Source: Cyanobacteriota bacterium (GTDB lineage Bacteria; Cyanobacteriota; Cyanobacteriia; Cyanobacteriales; Nostocaceae). From it: a DNA stretch of 64,000 bases. Shown piece after piece: positions 41,995-52,852 of the stretch. The stretch covers positions 96,001 to 160,000 of the forward strand of contig JBJOKS010000006.1 of the NCBI GenBank assembly GCA_046045965.1, read 5' to 3'. The stretch's first letter is position 1; the number at the start of each line of letters is the position of its first letter. Under the pieces are notes generated by a model. That model ran no database searches, was not told where the DNA came from, and worked only from the letters and a program-made list of their open reading frames with translations. Position numbers and translations under genes: made by a program.

Positions 41995-43317
41995 ATGCTG
42001 GAATTATTAGGTTCAGGTTTGGTTTCACTTTGGCTCGATATGGCTGGGGTTCAGATCAAGCCTTTAAATGCTTTAGAAGCATTGGCTTGGCAAAGTAGTC
42101 CTGGCTTTGTCATTGCCCCTGATCCAAACCCAGCAGGAGCTATCACAGTACAGGAATATCTCAAGGAGTTGATGACTTCCAAGCTGGTAACGGAAAATCT
42201 GATTCAGCAACAGGGAATTTGGCTACAGTCGGGTCCGATGTTAATGGCTAATCACCAAGGTACAATGCCTTTACCCGCAGCATCTTTAACTAAGGTGGCC
42301 ACTTCATTAGCGACTTTTAAACTTTTGGGTCCTGAACATCAATTTGAAACTTTGGTGAGTGCTACAGGTCCGATAGTTAATGGGGTAGTGCAGGGAGATT
42401 TGGTGATTACTGGTGGTGGTGATCCCATGTTTGTGGGAGAGGAAGCGATCGCTCTTGGTAATGCTCTCAACAAAATCGGTATCAAGCAGGTAAAGGGAAA
42501 TTTAGTCATAACTGGCAATTTCGCTATGAATTTCCACAGTAATACCGCTGTATCTGGTCAATTTCTTAAACAAGCACTAGATCACAAAACCTGGAATCGT
42601 TCTGTGGTTTACCAATACTCAATCATGCCTAAAGGAACACCCAAGCCCCAAGTTGTGATTGCTGGTACGGTTAAAGTTGCAGCACAGCCTAACCCTAAAC
42701 AAACTTTACTGATTCGCCATCGCTCCTTACCATTAAAGCAATTGATTAAGGAGATGAATGTTTACAGTAATAATGATATAGCCGAAATGTTAGCCCAGTC
42801 TGTGGGAGGAGCCAATGTAGTTCAATCTACTGCTGCTAAACTGGCTATGGTTCCACAGTCGGAAATTCAGTTAATTAATGGTTCTGGACTGGGACGAGAA
42901 AATCGGATTTCCCCTAGAGCGGTCTGTGCTATGTTTATGGCACTACAACGGGAAGCATCATCCCATAATTTGACTTTAGCTGACTTGTTCCCTACCTCTG
43001 GCTTTGACAATCGCGGGACAATGCGATATAGAGATATGCCATCTGCAACTGTGATGAAAACGGGAACTCTCAGTGATGTTAGTGCTTTAGCCGGAGTTGT
43101 ACCCACACGCGATCGCGGTTTAGTTTGGTTTGCTATTATCAATCGTGGTTACAATGTGTCGAGTTTCCGTGCTGAACAAGATAAACTTTTACAACATCTG
43201 GTCAAACAATTACAAGTATCCGCTGGTGTTCCTACTGCACTAACTCCCCACTCACCAAAAAATTCTCTACCACAATTAGGCTCTCCCAACCGTAACGAAA
43301 TTTTGTATGGGGGTTAG
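41995..43317 (+). CDS. dacB: D-Ala-D-Ala carboxypeptidase (peptidase S13)
   Basis: AASLTK (SxxK), SNN and KTGTL motifs. Confidence 0.85.
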   Translation: MLELLGSGLVSLWLDMAGVQIKPLNALEALAWQSSPGFVIAPDPNPAGAITVQEYLKELMTSKLVTENLIQQQGIWLQSGPMLMANHQGTMPLPAASLTKVATSLATFKLLGPEHQFETLVSATGPIVNGVVQGDLVITGGGDPMFVGEEAIALGNALNKIGIKQVKGNLVITGNFAMNFHSNTAVSGQFLKQALDHKTWNRSVVYQYSIMPKGTPKPQVVIAGTVKVAAQPNPKQTLLIRHRSLPLKQLIKEMNVYSNNDIAEMLAQSVGGANVVQSTAAKLAMVPQSEIQLINGSGLGRENRISPRAVCAMFMALQREASSHNLTLADLFPTSGFDNRGTMRYRDMPSATVMKTGTLSDVSALAGVVPTRDRGLVWFAIINRGYNVSSFRAEQDKLLQHLVKQLQVSAGVPTALTPHSPKNSLPQLGSPNRNEILYGG

Positions 43318-43451
43318 TTAACGGTTAAAACCTTTAAAATCTCTGATATTCCTATATGGGAATTTTGCTAAAGTACAGCAAACCAATATCAGGTAATAGT
43401 AGAAACAGCCCAGAAAAGGTTAAAATAAGGGTTTTCAGGGTTTCAACCTCT

Positions 43452-44714
43452 ATGAAGAATGCTGCCACAAACCCTAAACGCATTTTATTCTTACATCCCA
43501 ATTTTCCTGCCCAATTTCGCCACCTAGCCACGTCTTTAGCAAAAGATGATAATTACCAAGTTGTATTTGGTACTAATCGTCAGGAAGGAACTATACCGGG
43601 TGTATTTAAAGCTATTTATGAACCTTCCCGGACAGCAGCACCGCAAACGCATCATTATGTCCGCAATTTAGAAAATGCAGTTCTCACTGGACAAGCTGTA
43701 TATCGAATCGCAGAACAACTGAAAGCACAGGGTTTTATACCAGATATAATTTATGGCCATTCTGGTTGGGGTCCGACTTTATTTATGAAAGAAGTTTTTC
43801 CTAAAGCAGAATTATTATGTTTCTTTGAATGGTTTTATCATGCTCGCGGTTCTGATGCTGATTTTGATCCCAGTGAACCATTAAATGCAGATGATCAATG
43901 TCGAATTCGTGTGAAAAATGCCCCGATTTTAGTTGATTTATACAGTTGCGATCGCGGACTTTCTCCTACTAATTGGCAACGTCAACAATTCCCACCAGAA
44001 TATCATAGTAAAATTAGCGTTTGTCACGATGGGATTGATACTAATTATTTTCAACCTAACCCTGGTGCTAAATTAGTTTTACCTCGCATTAATCTTGATC
44101 TTTCTCATGTTTCAGAATTAGTCACCTATGTAGGAAGAGGAATGGAACCTTATCGGGGTTTTCCTCAGTTTATGGAAGCAGTTGCATTAATTCAACAACA
44201 ACGTCCAAATTGTCATGTTGTAGTTGTGGGAGAAGATAGGGTAGCCTATGGGAAAACTCTTCCTGATGGTAAAACTTATAAACAGTTAATGTTAGAGAAA
44301 TTAGATTTGGATTTATCGAGATTACACTTTACTGGTTTACTACCTTACCATGAATATCTGCAAGTTTTACAAGCTTCTTCTGCTCATATTTATTTAACTC
44401 GTCCTTTTGTTTTATCTTGGTCAATGATGGAAGCAATGTCAGCAGGATGTTTGTTAATTGCTTCTAATACTTCACCCGTTTTAGAAGTAATTAAAGATGG
44501 CAAAAATGGACTTTTGGTAGATTTCTTTTCTCCTCAACAAATTGCAGACAAGGTAAACGAAGCTTTGGATAATTCTCAAGATATGACAGCTATTCGCACC
44601 GCAGCACGAAAGACTATAATCAAGAATTATGATTTAGCAACATTATTACCACAACATTTAGATTGGTTGTTGGGTAAAAAAACTTCTCTAAAATTTCATG
44701 GGTTTGGGAAGTAG
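43452..44714 (+). CDS. Glycosyltransferase family 4
   Basis: LFLHPNFPAQF, GHSGWG, RGMEPYRGF, LSWSMMEAMS. Confidence 0.88.
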   Translation: MKNAATNPKRILFLHPNFPAQFRHLATSLAKDDNYQVVFGTNRQEGTIPGVFKAIYEPSRTAAPQTHHYVRNLENAVLTGQAVYRIAEQLKAQGFIPDIIYGHSGWGPTLFMKEVFPKAELLCFFEWFYHARGSDADFDPSEPLNADDQCRIRVKNAPILVDLYSCDRGLSPTNWQRQQFPPEYHSKISVCHDGIDTNYFQPNPGAKLVLPRINLDLSHVSELVTYVGRGMEPYRGFPQFMEAVALIQQQRPNCHVVVVGEDRVAYGKTLPDGKTYKQLMLEKLDLDLSRLHFTGLLPYHEYLQVLQASSAHIYLTRPFVLSWSMMEAMSAGCLLIASNTSPVLEVIKDGKNGLLVDFFSPQQIADKVNEALDNSQDMTAIRTAARKTIIKNYDLATLLPQHLDWLLGKKTSLKFHGFGK

Positions 44715-44837
44715 AGAGGAAACATTTTGATGGGGAGATGGGGAGACAAATCAAGTCAAAAGTCAAAAGTCAAAAGTCAAAATTAATTACTTCTACTTCC
44801 TTTACCTCCCTTGTCTCCTGACTCCTGACTCCTATTC

Positions 44838-45884
44838 CTAATTCCGCATCACTGCATCTAACAAAACCTCACCACCAAACCGCACAGGGTCTGTACAAGG
44901 TAAACCTGTTTGATTTATAATTTGAGCGATCGCATTCTTCGCTGCAACTTCATCTAAATCTCTAGTATTTAAAGCTATCCCCGCTACAGGAACTTTACCA
45001 AAAGCACCCGCCCCACTAGCGACAATTTCATACATCTTAATTATTTCTGGTAGGGGTGGAATAGGAACATGAGGGTTATTACGGTTGTGAGTTTGTCCGG
45101 CTCGATGCACTAATATCAAATGTGTAGGTTGGGAACCACGAATGAGAGGTAAAGTTGCAGTTGAACCAGGATGTAACAGAGAACCTTGTCCTTCAATTTG
45201 CAGAATATCGTAGTGTTTACCAAAACGCATCACCAACTGTTCCACAGCACCAGCAGCAAAGTCTACCCGCACAGCATCCAACGCTACTCCATCACCTTCT
45301 AACATTAAGCCAGTTTGACCAGTAGCTAAAAATTTCGACTTCCAACCCCGTAATTTTGCAGCACGATGTAATTCTAAACTGGTGGACATTTTACCAATGG
45401 CCATATCCGTACCCACCGTCAACACCCGACGACAGGGAAGAGTTCGCGCTAACCCAGAAGCTATTTCTAAGTTAGCCGGTTCTTTGCGGACATCCCAAAT
45501 TAACTGTCCTGGTTTGAGGAGTGCGTTTAAATCTGGTATGTTAGCCAAAGGAGTATGTAAACCATTAACTAAAGACATTCCTCCTTTCAAAGCATCTTTG
45601 ATATCAGGCCAATAATGATCAGGAATTATCCCACCTTTAGGAGCAATACCAATTACTAAAACTTCTGGTTGATACTGCAAAGCTGCGGCTACAGATGCCA
45701 CAATGGGAACGTCACGCTTGATACCTGTTAACTCTGGTACAGATTTACCTACAGATTCTCTATCTATAACTGCAACAATAGGGGCTTCACTATAGCGTAA
45801 AATAGATAAACCGGTTTTTCCCTGAGTTCCACTCAGTCCTTCATGTAACAGAATTGCTATCTTTTTATTAAGTGGCAGACGCAC
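44838..45884 (-). CDS. DUF1611 P-loop protein
   Basis: VGTDMAIGKMST, ATGQTG, IEGQGS; overlaps the epimerase gene. Confidence 0.88.
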   Translation of the reverse strand: MRLPLNKKIAILLHEGLSGTQGKTGLSILRYSEAPIVAVIDRESVGKSVPELTGIKRDVPIVASVAAALQYQPEVLVIGIAPKGGIIPDHYWPDIKDALKGGMSLVNGLHTPLANIPDLNALLKPGQLIWDVRKEPANLEIASGLARTLPCRRVLTVGTDMAIGKMSTSLELHRAAKLRGWKSKFLATGQTGLMLEGDGVALDAVRVDFAAGAVEQLVMRFGKHYDILQIEGQGSLLHPGSTATLPLIRGSQPTHLILVHRAGQTHNRNNPHVPIPPLPEIIKMYEIVASGAGAFGKVPVAGIALNTRDLDEVAAKNAIAQIINQTGLPCTDPVRFGGEVLLDAVMRN

Positions 45885-46920
45885 TGTATTTCACTCCCAA
45901 ACCTGGTAAATTGTTAGGTAAAATCCGTCCTTTTTCAACTGATGCACCGATAAACGGATCATCAATTAAATTCAGGTGACTATCTAAGTCTAAATAATCA
46001 GCTAAAGGTGCAAGTTGTGAAGCTGCTGTATTAGCTAGTGAACTATCAGAATAACAGCCAAACATGACTTTTAAATTATGTGCTTTGGCTGTATGTACCA
46101 TTCGCAAAGCTTCACTTAAACCCCCAGATTTCATGAGTTTAATATTAATTCCATCTACATAATCAGCTAATTGGGGAATATCCCCACTGGTAAAGCAACT
46201 TTCATCAACAAAGATGGGTAAAGGTGAATGTTCTTTTAAGGTGGCTAAATGTGCTTCTTGTCCTCTTGGTAATGGCTGTTCTATATACTGTATACCCAAA
46301 TCTGCTAACCACAGAGACATGGCGATCGCATCTGCTAAACTCCAACCTCCGTTAGCATCTACAAATAAATCTATTTCTGGTGCTGTTTCCTTCACCGCTA
46401 AGAGCATTTTTCTGTCTGCTTCTATTCCCTCGGTGGAACCTAATTTTACCTTTAACAGCCGCACATCCATATATTCTAACCAGTCTTTTGTCCTAGCTGC
46501 TGCACCTGCTGGGGAATTAATACCAATTGTCACCGAAGTTGGTGCTATAACATTTCTATCCAGTCCCCACATTTTCCATAGGGGTAAACCTACACTTTTA
46601 CCCATCCAATCATACAGCGCCATGTCTATTGCTGCTCTGGCTGCGGAAGGAATTTTATATTGTGCTAAGATTGCTTCAATTTCTTGACGTTGCCAAGGGT
46701 TGAATGATTCTAACACAGGAGCAATTTTTTGTAATGCTTCGGTAATTATATCAGTTGATTGTCGGTGATTTCCAACACCAAAGGGTGATGCTTCTCCCCA
46801 TCCTTCTATGTCATTTTCTATTATTTTGACGCTGATATTTGTTGTTTGTGCTGTTGTTCCTCTACTTATTGTTAAGGGGAATCTTTTGTTGACTGTGAAT
46901 TGATTGATTTGTGTTTTCAT
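45868..46920 (-). CDS. L-Ala-D/L-Glu dipeptide epimerase (enolase superfamily)
   Basis: KVKLG, VDANGGW, IEQP, VDES, INIKLMK, DLDS. Confidence 0.88.
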   Translation of the reverse strand: MKTQINQFTVNKRFPLTISRGTTAQTTNISVKIIENDIEGWGEASPFGVGNHRQSTDIITEALQKIAPVLESFNPWQRQEIEAILAQYKIPSAARAAIDMALYDWMGKSVGLPLWKMWGLDRNVIAPTSVTIGINSPAGAAARTKDWLEYMDVRLLKVKLGSTEGIEADRKMLLAVKETAPEIDLFVDANGGWSLADAIAMSLWLADLGIQYIEQPLPRGQEAHLATLKEHSPLPIFVDESCFTSGDIPQLADYVDGINIKLMKSGGLSEALRMVHTAKAHNLKVMFGCYSDSSLANTAASQLAPLADYLDLDSHLNLIDDPFIGASVEKGRILPNNLPGLGVKYSASAT

Positions 46921-47009
46921 CTTTTTTTAAACGAACCGCTCCAGGCGCAGAGATCGCAGAGTAAAGAATGTTATAATTTTAGCGGGTGGGTTGTTTATTT
47001 TAACTGACA

Positions 47010-47576
47010 ATGGGTAATTTACAAAGGTGGCAGGTTTTAAGTTCACAAATGTTGATAAATCATCGTTTCTGTCTGGTGCGACGGGATGCGGTTGAGTTAC
47101 CTAATGGTCAGGTTATAGATGATTTTTTTGTTTATATTAAGCCTGATATTGCTGTAATTTTACCTGTTACTAATAATGGGGAGGTTGTTTTTGTTCGTCA
47201 GTATAGACACGCTGTTGGTGAGTTTTTTATTGAGCTTCCCGCAGGTAGGTTTAATGCTGAGGAAGAATGTGCAGAAGCAGCTGCTTTGCGGGAGTTACGG
47301 GAGGAAACTGGTTATGTTTCTGAAAAGGTGCGAAAAATCGCTACTTTATATGATAATCCCAGTAAGGAAACTAATCAAATTCATCTCTTTTTAGCTGAAA
47401 ATGTGGTCAAGGTGGGAGAACAGGAAAATCTTGATGTGACTGAAGAAATTGAGGTAATTTTAATTCCTATCAATGAGGTTTTTGAGAAAGTTACTACTGG
47501 AGAAATTTCGGTTGCGGGAACGGTTGCAGCGTTATTTATGGGTTTATCATCTTCTTTTATGTCATGGAAATTCTGA
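47010..47576 (+). CDS. NUDIX hydrolase (ADP-ribose pyrophosphatase-like)
   Basis: VRQYRH, ELPAG...AALRELREETG. Confidence 0.9.
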   Translation: MGNLQRWQVLSSQMLINHRFCLVRRDAVELPNGQVIDDFFVYIKPDIAVILPVTNNGEVVFVRQYRHAVGEFFIELPAGRFNAEEECAEAAALRELREETGYVSEKVRKIATLYDNPSKETNQIHLFLAENVVKVGEQENLDVTEEIEVILIPINEVFEKVTTGEISVAGTVAALFMGLSSSFMSWKF

Positions 47577-47606
47577 CTCCTGACTCCTGACTCCTGACTC
47601 CTTTAT

Positions 47607-48530
47607 TCACTTTTTCCATTGTTGTAAAATATAACTATAAAAAGCTTCTTTATCTACTTGATCCATAGCTTTGATTTTTCTCCCTCCCGTTACTATTTTA
47701 GTCCGTCCTTGACTCACACCTTGGGTAATAATTCCTGTTTCCCATTCTCGCAGTTCATAAATTTCGGGTTTTCCTAAATAAGCTGTTGCTAATACATCCC
47801 AAAAATAATAATCTTGGGGAATAACTAAGGCGTAACATTGACCTGCTAAATTAGAAATAGGATAATTATATTGTTTTCCCATTTTTTGTACTAATTCTGA
47901 TGTTACCGGAACTTGGTTGGTTAAGTCTAGCGGACACATAATTATTTCAATTTGCGTTTCCCAAACTTTTGCAGCAGAAACCGCATCCCAATACACATTC
48001 CATTCTGCTGAACCATCTTGTATTGGTTCTATTCCTTTTTCGACATTTCCAGGAACATTTAATGCTCCCCCCATCCAAACAATTTGTTTAATTTTCTTTT
48101 CTATTTCTGGTGCTTTTTCTAATGCTAAAGCTACAGTAGTTAAAGGTCCTGTTACCATTAAAGTCACTGGTTCTGGTGCTTCCTGTAAAACCTTCACCAT
48201 GAAATCTTGACCTGTTTGAGCAACTAAAGGTGTGTTAATAAAATCATTTTGATTGAGAATAGGTAAATGATCAATAATTAATGAATCTCGACGATAAAGA
48301 CGAGGAAAAGGATTAATTCCTCTCACTGTACTTTCGGCAACCGGAATATGAGAAAATCTCATTAAATCTATAATTTTGCGAGTTGCACTGACAGCAGATT
48401 GAATATAGCAGTCTGCGGGAGTGACGACTATTCCCAACAGTTCGATATGTTCCATTGTCAATAACAGCATGGTGGCTAAATAATCATCCACACCACCATC
48501 ATGATCCATTAATACCAGTTGTTTTTTCAT
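47607..48530 (-). CDS. Nucleoside hydrolase
   Basis: DHDGGVDD, TGPLT, WMGG, AEWNVYWD. Confidence 0.9.
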   Translation of the reverse strand: MKKQLVLMDHDGGVDDYLATMLLLTMEHIELLGIVVTPADCYIQSAVSATRKIIDLMRFSHIPVAESTVRGINPFPRLYRRDSLIIDHLPILNQNDFINTPLVAQTGQDFMVKVLQEAPEPVTLMVTGPLTTVALALEKAPEIEKKIKQIVWMGGALNVPGNVEKGIEPIQDGSAEWNVYWDAVSAAKVWETQIEIIMCPLDLTNQVPVTSELVQKMGKQYNYPISNLAGQCYALVIPQDYYFWDVLATAYLGKPEIYELREWETGIITQGVSQGRTKIVTGGRKIKAMDQVDKEAFYSYILQQWKK

Positions 48531-48546
48531 ATCAGGAGTTTATCAA

Positions 48547-48978
48547 ATGGATGAGTTTATGCAAGCTGCAATTAGCGAAGCTAAACAAGGCAGAAATGAG
48601 GGAGGAATTCCCATTGGTTCGGTTTTGGTCAAAGATGGTAAAATTCTCGGTAAAGGACATAATAAACGGGTTCAAGATGGTGATCCTGTCACCCATGCAG
48701 AAATTGATTGTTTAAGAAATGCCGGCAGAATTGGTAATTATAAAGGTACAACTTTATATTCTACATTAATGCCTTGTTATTTGTGCGCTGGTGCTGTGGT
48801 GCAGTTTGGAATTAAAAAAGTAATTGCAGGAGAGTCAAGAACTTTCCCAGGTGCAAAAGAATTTATGGTTTCTCATGGTGTGGAAGTTGTTGATTTAAAC
48901 CTTGATGAATGTGAACAGATGATGAATGAATTTATAGCAGAAAAACCAGAATTATGGAATGAAGATATAGGAGTTTAA
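48547..48978 (+). CDS. Nucleoside/cytosine deaminase (CDA fold)
   Basis: HAE...PCYLC zinc motif; LWNEDIG C-terminus. Confidence 0.9.
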   Translation: MDEFMQAAISEAKQGRNEGGIPIGSVLVKDGKILGKGHNKRVQDGDPVTHAEIDCLRNAGRIGNYKGTTLYSTLMPCYLCAGAVVQFGIKKVIAGESRTFPGAKEFMVSHGVEVVDLNLDECEQMMNEFIAEKPELWNEDIGV

Positions 48979-48981
48979 AGA

Positions 48982-49012
<31 letters not shown>

Positions 49013-49023
49013 AAGAAAATTCT

Positions 49024-49130
49024 CTCGTTCCCAGTCAAAGACTGGGAATGCCATAATAGAGTCTCTGATTCTAATTTTCCTAAAGGTAGAACCTTGTAAT
49101 AATTCATTCCCATACAGAGTATGGGAACGA
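49024..49130. repeat. REP-like composite palindrome
   Basis: CTCGTTCCCAG...CTGGGAATG and CATTCCCA...TGGGAACGAG arms. Confidence 0.65.
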
Positions 49131-49193
49131 GGAAATTTAAAATTCTCGGTTTCCTTCTTACTGTCACCTGTCACCTGTCACCTGTCACCTACC

Positions 49194-50105
49194 CTAACCT
49201 AAAAACTTTTCTAAATTCATTCTATCAGGTAAAGAACTCTGCGCCCCTAATTTTGTGGTTGCTAAAGCCCCTGCTGCTGCACCCCAAACCACAGCTTGAT
49301 GTAAAGAAAGTTTATGAAAAAGTGCTGCTGCTAAACCTGCATTGAAAGCGTCACCAGCAGCAACTGTATCTATTGCATGAACTGGAAAAGCTGGAATAAA
49401 GAAACTTTCTTCAGCAGTTGCATAATAAACACCTTTTGCTCCTAATTTTATAATCGCACATTTTACCCCACGTTGTAATAAAATCTTTGCGGCTTTAGCT
49501 GCGGTTTCTTCTCCGTTTACAGGAAAACCTACTAATTGACTTGCTTCGATTTCATTGGGTGTAATAATATCTATTAAGGGGTAAATTTCATCTGCTAAAT
49601 GAGATTGTGCGGGTGCAGGATCGAGAATAACGGTAATATTTGCATTCTTAGCGGCTTTGGCTGCTGCAACGACGGTTTCAATAGGAATTTCTAATTGTAA
49701 AAGTATGGTTGTTGCTGTTGGTAATAGAGGGTATAATCTGTTTATATCTTCTTGGTTAACTTGCCCATTTGCACCAGGAATTACAATTATGTGATTTTCA
49801 CCTTTTTTATCTATTGTAATAACAGCAATTCCAGAACTGACATTTTTATCAATTAAAATATTTTCAGTTTGGACACCGTAATTTTGCAAATTTTTGATGA
49901 GTTCTCCACCAAAATTATCAGCACCTACACGCCCGATCATTTGCGTAGGAATTCCTAATTTTGCTAATGCAACTGCTTGATTTGCACCTTTACCTCCTGG
50001 GGTTTGAAAAAAGCTTTCTCCTAGCAATGTTTCACCAGCAATTGGTAAGCGAGGGGCGGTTGCTACTAGGTCTATATTAATGCTGCCAAAAACGATAATA
50101 GTCAT
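49194..50105 (-). CDS. rbsK: Ribokinase
   Basis: GSINIDL, PGGKGANQA, LQLEIP, DTVAAGDAF. Confidence 0.93.
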   Translation of the reverse strand: MTIIVFGSINIDLVATAPRLPIAGETLLGESFFQTPGGKGANQAVALAKLGIPTQMIGRVGADNFGGELIKNLQNYGVQTENILIDKNVSSGIAVITIDKKGENHIIVIPGANGQVNQEDINRLYPLLPTATTILLQLEIPIETVVAAAKAAKNANITVILDPAPAQSHLADEIYPLIDIITPNEIEASQLVGFPVNGEETAAKAAKILLQRGVKCAIIKLGAKGVYYATAEESFFIPAFPVHAIDTVAAGDAFNAGLAAALFHKLSLHQAVVWGAAAGALATTKLGAQSSLPDRMNLEKFLG

Positions 50106-50272
50106 TTGCCAATAAAGATAATAATTTACTTATACTCTCCCTTTTTCAGAGAGAAATATAACAATGTTATGTAAAACTGCACAGAACCATTAAATCCATA
50201 ATTCATCCTTATTTATCTGCGTCTATCTGCGTTTATCTGCGTTCAATTACCAATCCTTTAATTAAACATCCT

Positions 50273-51337
50273 CTAAGCACGCCATCGCAGTAATATACTT
50301 TTAACAGGATTGATAAATTCCCGTTTTTCAGATGTAGCACGGGCAAATTCTCGTTTTAATTGATAATACCATTGTGCTTGCATATCTGAATCTTTAATTA
50401 GTCGTAATACTGGATTGTATTTGAGTCCAATTTGTTGCTTTTCTACTACTGTTCTGTCTTGACCTAGAAATTTTCTGGCTAATATATGAATTAAAGGTGT
50501 GAATATTCTTAACCAAGAAGGTATACCATAAAGGACAAAATTTACTTCTGTTTCTGTTTCGGAAATTGGTGTAACTGCGGTTAAATTACAAACTCGATGT
50601 TTACCAAAAGTAATTTCTTCAATTCTGACTCCTGGTAAACGAAAAGAAATTTCAACTTCGGGAATTCCACCACCGACTAACCAATATAATCGGCTCATGT
50701 TTTCCATATTTTCTGACAATTTATGTCGTCGAACTGTAAAGCCGTAATGTGAAGGATCAAATTGTTTAACTTCTTCATGTAAATCGCCGCTTCTCCACCA
50801 CCATACTCGATGCACGTAAGGAGAATGTGCAGGGTCCATTAAACCTGTAACTGCATGATCTATAAAGCAAGGAAACCGCATCACTTCTACTAAGTGGGGT
50901 TGTTGTTCAGGAAAACCAGGAACTACTGGAACGTCTTTTTCTTCAGCATGAATTTGAGATTTTTCATCATCACTCATGTAGATCCAAATGTTGCCTTGAG
51001 TTTCATAGATGGGATATGAATCCACATCAAAGCGTTGCAAATCAATGTTTTGTTCTGGCAATAATGATGGAATTGCTACGCATTTTCCAGCCGGGTTGAA
51101 GCGCCAACCGTGGTAACAACATTCTACTTCTTGACCATCGAATCGACCACAACTTAAGGGTACTGCACGATGAGGACAAATATCACGCACTGCGGAAACT
51201 TTACCATCTTGGTTTCTCATCAGCAGTACGGGTTCTCCTAAAAAAATCCGCGCTACCATTTTACCTGGTTTAAGGAGATGACTAGGTAGTGCGTAGTACC
51301 AAAGATTACGTAATAATATGTTATTGTTATCTATCAT
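50273..51337 (-). CDS. Rieske non-heme iron oxygenase alpha subunit
   Basis: CPHR...CCYHGW Rieske motif; DPAHSPYVH iron site. Confidence 0.9.
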   Translation of the reverse strand: MIDNNNILLRNLWYYALPSHLLKPGKMVARIFLGEPVLLMRNQDGKVSAVRDICPHRAVPLSCGRFDGQEVECCYHGWRFNPAGKCVAIPSLLPEQNIDLQRFDVDSYPIYETQGNIWIYMSDDEKSQIHAEEKDVPVVPGFPEQQPHLVEVMRFPCFIDHAVTGLMDPAHSPYVHRVWWWRSGDLHEEVKQFDPSHYGFTVRRHKLSENMENMSRLYWLVGGGIPEVEISFRLPGVRIEEITFGKHRVCNLTAVTPISETETEVNFVLYGIPSWLRIFTPLIHILARKFLGQDRTVVEKQQIGLKYNPVLRLIKDSDMQAQWYYQLKREFARATSEKREFINPVKSILLRWRA

Positions 51338-51437
51338 AAATAGCTAAGATTTAACAGAGGAAAATATCCAAAAATAATCATAAACAACAAGTGTCATTTT
51401 TAAAAGTTTTATTTCTGTCGATTGCCAAATTATTTTA

Positions 51438-51578
51438 TCAGTAAGGTAATCGCAGTGTAAATAGACTACCTTTGTTTAAGGTGCTGTTAACTTCTAGTGT
51501 TCCTTGATGTGCTGCGGCTATGGCATGAGCTATAGGTAATCCTAACCCAGAACTGCCTGTATTGCGAGAGCGATCGCT
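51438..51578 (-). pseudogene. C-terminal remnant of a sensor histidine kinase (HATPase_c)
   Basis: [46 protein letters not shown]; similarity begins at the HIP1 site 51570-51577. Confidence 0.8.
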
Positions 51579-51699
51579 TCATATAAACCAAATCGATATA
51601 AACTAAGAATTACCACCATCACACCAATTTAAGAAAGCTGGTGTTGGGTTGTGCGATCGCTTAACCCAACCTCAAATTTTCATTGTTGCAGAATATTCT

Positions 51700-52593
51700 C
51701 TATTCTACATTTACCCAAAAGTCTGCGGTTTTGATTTTCCCGTTGCGGTTAAATTGCATCCACATTTTATAAGTTCCTGACTGGGGTAATTTTGTATGAA
51801 ATTCGATTTTCCCATCCGTTGTATTTTTGAGTGCATGAGCATGGATATAATCGGCTTTTGTGAGAGGAGATGAGCTTTTAATAATTACTAAATGCCCTTT
51901 TTCTCCTAAGTAGGATTGTAGGTCTTTAATGGGTTGGTTTTTGTTGTCTTTTAAATCAAATGTAAAAGTTATATCTTCACCTGCTTTGATTTTTTCTTTA
52001 GATGGGTTAAAACTGACTTTAGTATCTGATATGGTTTTAGTTTTTTCATATTTAGATAAACTTTTGGGGAGAGGAACTGAACCAGGAATAGAGATTTTTG
52101 TTAATGATAAAGTTTCTGCTTGTCCCGCTGGTTTATAATCACTAAAAAGTGTATAATCTCCTGGTTGGGGAAAGTTCGCACTCACTTCAAATTTACCATT
52201 TTCTTTATAGTCTGGGTGAAGATGGTCGAAATGTTCCAAGTCATCACTAACAACTATTAAATGCATGAGTTTTTCTTGGAAGATGTCAAATTTATTGACT
52301 GGTTTTCCAGCAGTTTCTTGAAGATCAATAACTAACTTAATCGGTTGATTAGCAGATGGGTTTTTAGGTGCTGTTAATTTGGCTTGGGTGGCTATTTTTG
52401 GTTGTTCCTCATGGTGTTTGTGTTCCATTGAGTGTCCTTTATGCTCACTCATAGATTTTGTTTCTTTTTTTTCAGGTTGAGGACTATTTTCATTATGAGA
52501 AATTTGTGCTTCACCTGATTTAATTGTGGATGAACAACTAGGAGCAACTAATAATGTTGTAGCCGCGAAAATACTTACTAAAATACGCTTCAT
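51700..52593 (-). CDS. His-rich exported lipoprotein, probable heavy-metal binding
   Basis: Signal peptide with Cys; HKGHSMEHKHH; duplicated HLIVVSDDLEHFDHLHP / GHLVII...YIHAH domains. Confidence 0.75.
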   Translation of the reverse strand: MKRILVSIFAATTLLVAPSCSSTIKSGEAQISHNENSPQPEKKETKSMSEHKGHSMEHKHHEEQPKIATQAKLTAPKNPSANQPIKLVIDLQETAGKPVNKFDIFQEKLMHLIVVSDDLEHFDHLHPDYKENGKFEVSANFPQPGDYTLFSDYKPAGQAETLSLTKISIPGSVPLPKSLSKYEKTKTISDTKVSFNPSKEKIKAGEDITFTFDLKDNKNQPIKDLQSYLGEKGHLVIIKSSSPLTKADYIHAHALKNTTDGKIEFHTKLPQSGTYKMWMQFNRNGKIKTADFWVNVE

Positions 52594-52600
52594 TTTGATA

Positions 52601-52852
52601 TCCTTTGGGTGTTTTAACTTGTGCTGTCACTTTTGCGTTAGGAATTATCTCATGTTTATCTCCAGAAAGAAGATAAAAATCCAGGTGTGTACCTTTATTT
52701 TCGAGTTCGGTGACAAATTCTAAATCATATTTAGCAACTTCGACAAATTGACCTCCTTGACGCAGTTTACTATGGTCTATTTTTGCTGGTTATCGGGTGT
52801 TAGTAGCTGCTGGTTAGCTGTTGTTACAAGCACCTAAAAATAATATTCCTAT
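52601..52852 (-). pseudogene. Degraded metal-associated lipoprotein gene
   Basis: IGILFLGACNNS*...*...QGGQFVEVAKYDLEFV...GTHLDFYL...IPNAKVTAQVKTPKG: two in-frame stops and no start codon. Confidence 0.65.
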